64,000 nt of DNA from positions 31,279 to 95,278 of the forward strand of contig DATMOP010000086.1 in NCBI GenBank assembly GCA_035568115.1. The letters run 5' to 3'. Under the pieces are notes generated by a model that ran no database searches, was not told the DNA's origin, and was given only the letters and a program-made list of their open reading frames with translations. This document shows, piece by piece, positions 1 to 6,589 of the stretch (positions are counted from its first letter, which is position 1; the number at the start of each line of letters is the position of its first letter). The translations under genes were made by a program, and so were the position numbers. Source of the DNA: Candidatus Acidiferrum sp. (lineage in GTDB: Bacteria > Acidobacteriota > Terriglobia > Terriglobales > Acidobacteriaceae).

Positions 1-91
1 GGGCGGCCGCGTACGTGGCCGTCGTAAGAGTGGAGATCGTAAACAAGGCCAATACGGCAGCCAGTCCGAGAGAAACTTGCTTGTTGCGCAT
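1..91 (-). CDS. 5' end of a secreted protein gene that runs off the left edge (N-terminus MRNKQVSLGLAAVLALFTISTLTTATYAAA)
   Basis: ATG at 89-91 on the minus strand with GGAGGA 6 nt upstream. The N-terminus is hydrophobic and signal-peptide-like. Only about 30 codons are visible. Confidence 0.4.
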   Translation of the reverse strand, partial: MRNKQVSLGLAAVLALFTISTLTTATYAAA

Positions 92-245
92 GGGAAATCC
101 TCCGTACGACGATGCAGCGACACGACGAGTGGTCAGTCTTGCTGTGGGGTCAGCAATCTTTAAAAAGAGTTAGGAGTGAATGGGACTCCTACCTTGGGGA
201 GGGAGGCCAATCTACAACGGACGTCTAGGTCAAGTCAATCGGGGA

Positions 246-253
246 ATTAACGG
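246..253. repeat. Left copy of the 8-bp target-site duplication ATTAACGG
   Basis: An identical octamer occurs at 1793-1800. Each copy abuts the outer end of a terminal inverted repeat. Confidence 0.7.
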
Positions 254-282
254 GGTGGTGTCTTAAATGGCATGGCATACGG

Positions 283-314
283 AATTAAAACGTGGTCCTG
301 TTCGTCAGGACCAC
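283..314 (-). terminator. Intrinsic terminator of the DUF2158 gene
   Basis: Perfect 9-bp stem GTGGTCCTG(292-300)/CAGGACCAC(306-314) with a 5-nt loop, followed on the minus strand by GTTTTAATT. The hairpin overlaps the stop codon. Confidence 0.55.
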
Positions 315-481
315 GATTCGAGCGCGGCTGGACTGAAGTGCCCCCTCACCTGCTTGTGCTTGTCATCGAACCATACACAGTATACGAAGACTCTGTTTTC
401 GCTTTCGGTTTCTACTCGCTCGACGGTCATAACCGGGCCGCCAGACTTTAACTTGACCACATCTCCGGGTTTGAAGTTCAT
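305..481 (-). CDS. DUF2158 (YodC-like) small protein, 58 aa
   Basis: MNFKPGDVVKLKSGGPVMTVERV...VYCVWFDDKHKQVRGHFSPAALE matches the DUF2158 pattern (GDVV-LKSGGP-MTV ... C-WF). An AGGAG SD lies upstream of the internal ATG at 479-481. Confidence 0.8.
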   Translation of the reverse strand: MNFKPGDVVKLKSGGPVMTVERVETESENRVFVYCVWFDDKHKQVRGHFSPAALESWS

Positions 482-514
482 TACGTCATTCTCCTGCGCT
501 AAAGGACTAGCTAC

Positions 515-620
515 ATGAACAAACGTTTCAACAAAGCTGACATTGTACAACTAAATAGCGGTGGTCCAGAGATGCTAGTCGTTGCAAGTGACGGCGACAG
601 CGTAGAGACGGAATGGAGCA
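515..620 (+). pseudogene. Second, divergent DUF2158-like N-terminal segment (fragment or short overlapping gene)
   Basis: FNKADIVQLNSGGPEMLVV is 10/19 identical to the neighbouring DUF2158 N-terminus. Similarity decays after about aa 35. It overlaps the 3' end of the minus-strand zinc-ribbon ORF. The rest of the 346-aa ORF looks like a shadow ORF. Confidence 0.3.
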
Positions 621-823
621 GCGCGGATCGAGCAACCCTCAAGCAGGCAATGGAGCGCACGTTCAGCCGCTTCGGGGTTCGACAGGAACGTGTCGCGGGT
701 GAGCTTCGTGTGCGGTTCGGAAAATCGGTTCTTGCAGGAAGTGCATTTCCAGCGTTGAGTGTGGTGTTTGCCAAACCTCCCGGCCTTGACGCAGTTCGTG
801 TGCTGGCATCTGATACAGGTCAT
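575..823 (-). CDS. IS1 InsA-like zinc-ribbon/HTH protein (82 aa), with no downstream InsB/DDE part
   Basis: CIRCQHTNCVKAGRFGKHHTQRWKCTSCKNRF parallels IS1 InsA [32 protein letters not shown] (CxxC...QR..CxxC), followed by a short HTH-like LLEGCSIRAA. Confidence 0.6.
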   Translation of the reverse strand: MTCIRCQHTNCVKAGRFGKHHTQRWKCTSCKNRFSEPHTKLTRDTFLSNPEAAERALHCLLEGCSIRAAPFRLYAVAVTCND

Positions 824-1048
824 GGGCTTTTCTCCGCTTGTGTTTTGCGGGAAAAGCCTTACAATCGTTTTGGGTCTGGATTGCGGCTTACCCCGCGATT
901 CGAAATGGCCCTGCCGACTGCTCTAACAGGCGACAGGGCAGACTTTTGTTACCTAGCTAATTGGTGGCGGTCTTCCCATGTGCTGCCTCCTCTCTGTTTC
1001 GACCGCTCTGCGCTTGCATCGCAGAGCGGTTCGTATTTGCATCCAAAG

Positions 1049-1525
1049 TCATTTCTTGTTCAAACTCTCGTGGGCTTTCTTTCTGTCAACAGCCATCTTC
1101 CAAGCATCGCCGGGAGTATTCATCGGTACAGCACTCAAAGGCGGCAAATTACGCTTGAGGTAGCCAGCCCATATATAGCCACTGCCACTGATTTCCCGCG
1201 CCAACTCGCCTGCCTTATGCAAGCGCGCCAAAATAGTGACTACGGACGACAGGGGATTCTTGCCGGAAAAGGTAACTCCCATCGCCTGCACTCCCTTAAG
1301 CACATCCGCTGCGGAAATGTGGGCTTGGGCACCTTTGACAACAATGCGGATCGTTTCAGTCAGAGTCCGCTCCTCATCTTCTGCAACATTCGTCAGAGTT
1401 CTAAGGGCGGATATTGTTTGCTGAAGTTGCGCCCGACGGCGTTCGATGACCGCTGCCTGATTGCTGAGTGCTTCCAACTCCTTTTCAGCCGCCGTCAGTG
1501 CGTTGCTGTAGTCGTTGTCGGTCAT
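1049..1525 (-). CDS. Hypothetical protein (158 aa) with an N-terminal coiled coil and a possible winged-helix C-terminal half
   Basis: It is the longest ORF inside the element and shares a strand with the InsA-like ORF. I recognise no family motif. Confidence 0.5.
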   Translation of the reverse strand: MTDNDYSNALTAAEKELEALSNQAAVIERRRAQLQQTISALRTLTNVAEDEERTLTETIRIVVKGAQAHISAADVLKGVQAMGVTFSGKNPLSSVVTILARLHKAGELAREISGSGYIWAGYLKRNLPPLSAVPMNTPGDAWKMAVDRKKAHESLNKK

Positions 1526-1792
1526 AAGTGTTCTCTGTACGCAAATACACGATAGAAGGGTTATACAGAAATGTCAACACATTTGTTATAGAATCTGTTA
1601 TAAATGTATCGGGGGTGGAATCTGCCATTTCCGAACGCGGAGCAGAAAGCCCTTGAATTTGAACAAAAAGCAGTACTCTTTAGAGCAATAGCAGACGTTT
1701 GTAGGAAGAGGCAAAATGCTGGTGAGCCGTGGCCGGCAACGCCATGGGAAAACCAAACTTCAGAATCGTGCCACCGTGTTTAAGACACTACC

Positions 1793-1800
1793 ATTAACGG
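1793..1800. repeat. Right copy of the 8-bp target-site duplication ATTAACGG
   Basis: Identical to 246-253. It overlaps the stop codon (1794-1796) of the M56 peptidase gene. Confidence 0.7.
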
Positions 1801-2762
1801 ACCAGCCATTCGGTCGCGGTGTGGACCCGCACCAGAAGCTCGCCGTAAGTCACGACCAGAGTAGCCACCACGGTTGCCACAGCGCATAGTAGATAGGGTA
1901 AGGAATATCGCGGCGCGGCGTTCTCCCGAGGTTCGGTCCAGGCAATCAAACGCTCCACGCGGGCGTTCAACGAACTTGCCGGGCTATGCACCAACGCTGT
2001 GGTCAACTCCGTAGGCGCTTCCAGCAAGGCCAGGCGCGAGAGTTTGATCACGGCCGCGGCCAAATCCAGCGCTTCGGAAGCGCTCGAGACCGCGCCATCG
2101 TCGGCGGCCATTTCGGTAGCTTCGCGCCAGACGGTCTCCAGTTCTGCCATTCCAGGAAACACCACCAGACGCAGAATCAGCTTTCGCAGATTGTCCCGGC
2201 GGCGGACGTGGGCCATCTCATGGCGTAGGGCGCTCTCCAGTTCCCTCTCACTCAACACAAACTCGGCAGCGCGCGACAGCCAAACGCTCGGCCGGAAAAT
2301 GCCCGCCGCTGTGAGAGGAAGAGCAGCGCTCGAAACCCGTTGTACAGCGACCGGGGTGCCGCAATCGCTCCTGCCGGATGCGATCGTATCGGCTGTGCGC
2401 GACCACTGTGCGACCGTGCGCGACGCCTGTAGCAACGCGGTCGCGGCTTTCCACACTCCCGCCAGCATGACGGCCAACCCGCACAATCCCAGGATCACAG
2501 GCACGACGCCCAGAGGCTCATTGGCCGCGTGAGGTTCGAGCAGCAGAAAGGAAGGCACGGCCAAGGTGAGAGTAACTCCGCCAGCAATCACGAATGGAGC
2601 CATGCGCAAAGCGAAGAGCAAGTCGGCACAGGGCCTCGCCGAAGAGCGCTGCCCGTAAGCGAACACCTTGCCCCACACGCCGCAAACCACCAACGACAGG
2701 GTGCAGTAGAGCAGGACGAAGATGGAGAAAGAAACCGCGATCCCCCGCAGCGCGAACATCAT
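1794..2762 (-). CDS. M56-family (BlaR1-like) membrane metallopeptidase, short form without a penicillin-binding sensor domain
   Basis: HEMAHVRRRDNL contains the HExxH motif. There are several hydrophobic helices. The start overlaps the blaI-like stop as ATGA. Confidence 0.85.
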   Translation of the reverse strand: MMFALRGIAVSFSIFVLLYCTLSLVVCGVWGKVFAYGQRSSARPCADLLFALRMAPFVIAGGVTLTLAVPSFLLLEPHAANEPLGVVPVILGLCGLAVMLAGVWKAATALLQASRTVAQWSRTADTIASGRSDCGTPVAVQRVSSAALPLTAAGIFRPSVWLSRAAEFVLSERELESALRHEMAHVRRRDNLRKLILRLVVFPGMAELETVWREATEMAADDGAVSSASEALDLAAAVIKLSRLALLEAPTELTTALVHSPASSLNARVERLIAWTEPRENAAPRYSLPYLLCAVATVVATLVVTYGELLVRVHTATEWLVR

Positions 2763-3211
2763 TCTTTCTCCTTGCGGCCTGTTTTCGGTTGGCCTGATTC
2801 CCGTTGACCCAGCGCGCAGCGCTTTCGTTCCACCAGTTTGCGCAAATCATCGAGCAATTGCGCGTCGCGTTCACCCAGGATTTCCACAAGAAACGAAAGA
2901 GGCAATGCCGAAGCCGGACTTGCATCCAGCAGTTCGCGAAACGCGTGGCCTGCCGCTTCGCGATGCAACTCCTCACGGCTGAATCGCGGGGCGTAGCGGA
3001 ACGCCCTACCTTCTTCTGAACGTGTCAGCAAGCCCTTCTTGAACAGGCGGTCGAGCGTGGTCATTACCGTGGTGTAGGCCAAGTCCTCGCAGCCGCCTTC
3101 AACCAGTTCGCGGACGGTCGCGCTCCCCTTAGTCCACAACCCGTCGAGCATGCGCTCTTCGAGCGGACCGAGTTGCCGCGCCGAGCTTCGAAATGAATGG
3201 AAAATTCGCAT
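2759..3211 (-). CDS. BlaI/MecI/CopY-family transcriptional repressor
   Basis: Winged-helix signature LGPLEERMLDGLW...TVRELVE...YTTVMTTLDRLFKKGLLTR. Translationally coupled to the M56 gene. Confidence 0.9.
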   Translation of the reverse strand: MRIFHSFRSSARQLGPLEERMLDGLWTKGSATVRELVEGGCEDLAYTTVMTTLDRLFKKGLLTRSEEGRAFRYAPRFSREELHREAAGHAFRELLDASPASALPLSFLVEILGERDAQLLDDLRKLVERKRCALGQRESGQPKTGRKEKE

Positions 3212-3338
3212 CCTTTGCTTCCCACTGCACTCCGGATTCTATCCCGGGCCGAAGACTCGCACCAGAGGACTTTCTTCTCGCTCGTCCATTAAACCATTGT
3301 CGTAGAGTGGATTGAAGACGTGCGACGAAGCCACGCGG

Positions 3339-6320
3339 TTACGCCGCACCTTCCTGGCTCTTCGACGTCACATCCTCAATCGCCAGCAGGATGAAGGGGT
3401 GCCCCGGCTGCAATTCCACCCGTCGGGCATTGAGTTGCATATCGCGCGCTCCGAGGTGAGGAAAGTCATGGCTCATTTCGAAATCGTCAACGCGGGAATT
3501 TTGCGGGACGATTTCCTCCAGCAGTTCGCGCAGCCTTGGGATATTCCACTGCCCGTTGCCCAGCTTATAAATCAAACGCCCTTCCGTTTCTTCAGGGGTC
3601 ACCTCGAAAAACTTGTAGAACGCCGGATTCGCGGCCGTAACGTGCAGACTGGCGTCCAACACCAGGATCGGTTCCCGGGCACTCTCGACAATGGTGTCCG
3701 CGTACTCTCGCGTCTGCTCCAACGTGCGCTTCAGAGCGTCGACATCCTGCAAGCTGATGACTGCCCCTTCGATCCGGTTGTCCCAGGTCTTATAAGGCCG
3801 CACGTGCAGCATCTGCCACCCGCCTTCTGTCGTGCGCACCTCACGTTCCTGCGAGGTTGCGCGGCGGATGGCTTCGCGGGCCAGACCTTCCAAATCTTCC
3901 ACGTCAAGGTTTGGACGGATCTCTCCCAGTCGCCGGCCAATATCCCCAGGCAACAGGTTCAGAAGTTTTTGCGCGGGCGGGGTGAAGCGGCGGATGCGTA
4001 AATCATTGCTCACCATGACTACGGGAATATCGACGTGGCCCAGCAGGTTCAGCAGATCGTTGTTGGCCGACCCCAATTCCGAATTGCGGTTCTGCATCTC
4101 CTCATTGAGTGTCGTGAGTTCCTCATTCGTCGACTGCAACTCCTCTTTGGCCGTTTCCAGCTCTTCATTGGTGCTCTGCAATTCCTCGTTGGCCGACAAG
4201 ACCTCTTCATGCGCTGCCTTGAATTCTTCCGCCATGGTCTCATGCTCTTCGATGAGCGAGCGCAACTGCTCCCGTAACTGGTTAGCCTCGCGCTTCAGAA
4301 CTTCGGTATCCCGTGCCGTGTGGGAGGCTGCCGGCTTGCCAGCTTTGGCCTTGTCCGACAAGACGACGGGCTTGCGCGCCGCGTCCTGAAATACGACCAC
4401 GTAAAAGCGCTCGTGCGCAGTCGGGCCGCGCAGAGGCACCACCTCAAGGCTGATCTCCCGCGTCCCTACTTCGGATTGAATCCGCACTCCCTCCTTCCGC
4501 ACCGTTGCGTTAGTTTTCTTGGCGGTATCCAAAGCAGCGCGCAAGTCGACCAGCAAGCCCTCACGCGCCATTCTTGCGACGCTGAAGCTGGGTTGCCCAG
4601 CCGGTGGTTCCAGGTAGGCTCCCGTCTTGCCCTGGAACTGCACAATCTCCATCTGATCGTTCACCACAATGCTGGCGGGAACAAACCGGTTCACCAGCAG
4701 ATGCTCCACTTCTCGTTCCACGGTGAAAGGGGCGGGCAACTCACGGGCCAGCTTCGCGTCTCCGGTTCGGATCGGCAAATAGTCCGCATTCGCGAAGTAA
4801 GTAGTCAGCCGCGCCGTGGTCTTTCTCTTCTGGTAGATCTTGTCCTTCTTGTCGACCAGGCCGAAGTGGTCGGCAAAGCCTCCCAGGTTTTCCGATGCTC
4901 CCAACATCAGGTAGCCGCCCGGCTTCAGCGCGTAGTGCAACGAGGGGATGACCCGCCGCTGCAAAACCGGACCCAGATAGATCAGCAGGTTGCGGCAACT
5001 TACCAGGTCAAGGTTCGAGAACGGTGGATCTTTCACCAGGTTCTGCTTGGCGAAAATGCACATATCCCGAATGGACTTGTTGATCTGGAATCCCCCATCC
5101 AGCCGGACGAAGAACCGCTTCAAGCGCTCCGCCGAAATCTCCGACACGGCCCCCTCGGTGTAAAGACCGGTGCGGGCGCGATCGAGCGCGGTGTCGCTGA
5201 TGTCGGTGGCAAATATCTGTATGGCGGTGGCAGCCTGCGAAATGTTCCGGCTATGCACCCACATGTATTCCAGCAGCGTGATCGCGATAGAGTATGCTTC
5301 TTCGCCAGTGGAGCATCCCGCCACCCAAACTCGTACGGGGTTATCCGGCTTGCGGCCCTCGAACAATTTGGGATAGACATGCTTGCGCAGCGCCAGAAAC
5401 GCCTCCGGCTCGCGGAAAAATCCAGTAACGTGGATCAGCAAGTCGCGGTAAAGTTCGTCCAGTTCTTCCGGCTTCCGCCCAATGTAACGCAGATAATCCT
5501 TTACCGTTTCCACCTTGTGCACCGCCATGCGCCGCCTGATGCGCCGGTGCAGGGTGGTGTGTTTGTAGTTTGTGAAATCCACTCCGCTCGATTCCCGCAG
5601 CAGCCCGAACAGCGCGTTCAAATCGCTGCCCACCATTCCATGCGGGCCTTCCGTCTCAGGCGACACAACACGCGCCACGTAGGGATGCTGACTGATTCCG
5701 CCCAGCTCTCTGGCAATGTCCTTGGGCGACAGGATGAAATCGATGCACCCCGCGTTCACTGCATTGCGCGGCATGCTGTCGTATTTCGCCGACTCTTCAT
5801 CCTGGGCAAACGTTATGCCGCCTGCTGTCTTGATGGCGCGGCATCCCTCAGTACCATCCGAGGCCGTACCCGACAAGATGACGCCGATGGCCTGCTGCCC
5901 GGCACCTTCCGCCAGGGAGCGAAAGAAATCATCGATCGGCATGTGCTGGCCATGGGTCAGCACTCGCGAACCCAGTTGCAATATCCCGTTCTTGATCGTC
6001 AGGTTCGTGTTGGCCGGAATCACATAAGCGTGGTTCGGCTGCACCACTACGCCTTGCACGACCTCAGTGACCGGAATCTTGGTAGTCCGTGCCAGAATTT
6101 CCTGCAACGAGCTGCCGTGTTTGGGGTCAAGGTGCTGCACCAGCACGAAGGCCATGCCAGTCTTTTCCGGCAGATAGCGCAACAGTTCGGAGAATGCTTC
6201 CAGCCCGCCCGCCGAGGCTCCGATCCCGACAATGGGGAACGATAGGGAGGACGTCTTCGCGTCATTCTCAGTAGTGGCTTTGCGACTCGATTTGACTGGC
6301 TTGCGTGGAGAACTCTTCAT
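3339..6320 (-). CDS. CheB methylesterase-CheR methyltransferase fusion with a coiled coil and C-terminal PAS domains
   Basis: FPIVGIGASAGGLEAF is CheB-type. VWVAGCSTGEEAYSIA is the CheR SAM-binding motif. A heptad-rich ELQSTNEEL region and a PAS-like tail follow. I use the internal ATG at 6318-6320 (MKSSPRK) rather than the ORF maximum of 6515. Confidence 0.85.
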   Translation of the reverse strand: MKSSPRKPVKSSRKATTENDAKTSSLSFPIVGIGASAGGLEAFSELLRYLPEKTGMAFVLVQHLDPKHGSSLQEILARTTKIPVTEVVQGVVVQPNHAYVIPANTNLTIKNGILQLGSRVLTHGQHMPIDDFFRSLAEGAGQQAIGVILSGTASDGTEGCRAIKTAGGITFAQDEESAKYDSMPRNAVNAGCIDFILSPKDIARELGGISQHPYVARVVSPETEGPHGMVGSDLNALFGLLRESSGVDFTNYKHTTLHRRIRRRMAVHKVETVKDYLRYIGRKPEELDELYRDLLIHVTGFFREPEAFLALRKHVYPKLFEGRKPDNPVRVWVAGCSTGEEAYSIAITLLEYMWVHSRNISQAATAIQIFATDISDTALDRARTGLYTEGAVSEISAERLKRFFVRLDGGFQINKSIRDMCIFAKQNLVKDPPFSNLDLVSCRNLLIYLGPVLQRRVIPSLHYALKPGGYLMLGASENLGGFADHFGLVDKKDKIYQKRKTTARLTTYFANADYLPIRTGDAKLARELPAPFTVEREVEHLLVNRFVPASIVVNDQMEIVQFQGKTGAYLEPPAGQPSFSVARMAREGLLVDLRAALDTAKKTNATVRKEGVRIQSEVGTREISLEVVPLRGPTAHERFYVVVFQDAARKPVVLSDKAKAGKPAASHTARDTEVLKREANQLREQLRSLIEEHETMAEEFKAAHEEVLSANEELQSTNEELETAKEELQSTNEELTTLNEEMQNRNSELGSANNDLLNLLGHVDIPVVMVSNDLRIRRFTPPAQKLLNLLPGDIGRRLGEIRPNLDVEDLEGLAREAIRRATSQEREVRTTEGGWQMLHVRPYKTWDNRIEGAVISLQDVDALKRTLEQTREYADTIVESAREPILVLDASLHVTAANPAFYKFFEVTPEETEGRLIYKLGNGQWNIPRLRELLEEIVPQNSRVDDFEMSHDFPHLGARDMQLNARRVELQPGHPFILLAIEDVTSKSQEGAA

Positions 6321-6589
6321 TGAAGCTGCTCCTAAAAACTCAAGACTTCCAAGGGGCTTCCTAAAGGAGCCGCGAGGGGCGCGGAATTTACTTGCCGACG
6401 TGTCGTCCGCGACGGGCCCTGCGAGCCGCAACCGCGCCCGCGCGGGAAGATTCGTGGAAATTTTAGAGCAGCCGGATTGGCGGGTCAACGAATGCGGAAA
6501 AGAAAAACCCGCCAAGCGGCAAGGTGTTTCCCAATATGGGACGGACCTAATCTTCCTCTATTTTTCGCGCGTCAGGCTGGAATAGCGGT

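Larger units (their letters stand above)
254..1792 (-). mobile_element. IS1-family-like insertion (1,539 bp), apparently non-autonomous, with 14-bp terminal inverted repeats and an 8-bp target duplication
   Basis: GGTGGTGTCTTAAA at 254-267 matches the reverse complement of 1779-1792 (GGTAGTGTCTTAAA) at 13/14 positions. Both are flanked outside by ATTAACGG. The termini begin GGT(G/A)GTG, resembling IS1 GGTGATG/GGTAATG. The element carries an InsA-like zinc-ribbon ORF and parts of its interior are visibly AT-richer than the flanks. No DDE transposase ORF is present. Confidence 0.7.

Noticed and set aside
515-1555. 346-aa plus-strand ORF spanning most of the IS-like element
   Set aside because: Only its first ~35 residues resemble anything (DUF2158). 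The rest is antisense to two better-supported minus-strand genes and has no motifs, so I treat it as a shadow ORF.
4320-6245. 641-aa ORF antisense to the CheB-CheR gene, with similar long antisense ORFs at 3312-4001, 11871-12947, 17525-19072, 37386-38918, 38915-40222, 45693-47048, 50014-51333, 57748-58755 and 61069-62073
   Set aside because: All lie opposite genes with unmistakable family motifs. They are Arg/Gly/His-rich and low in complexity, as is typical of stop-poor antisense frames in roughly 60% GC DNA.
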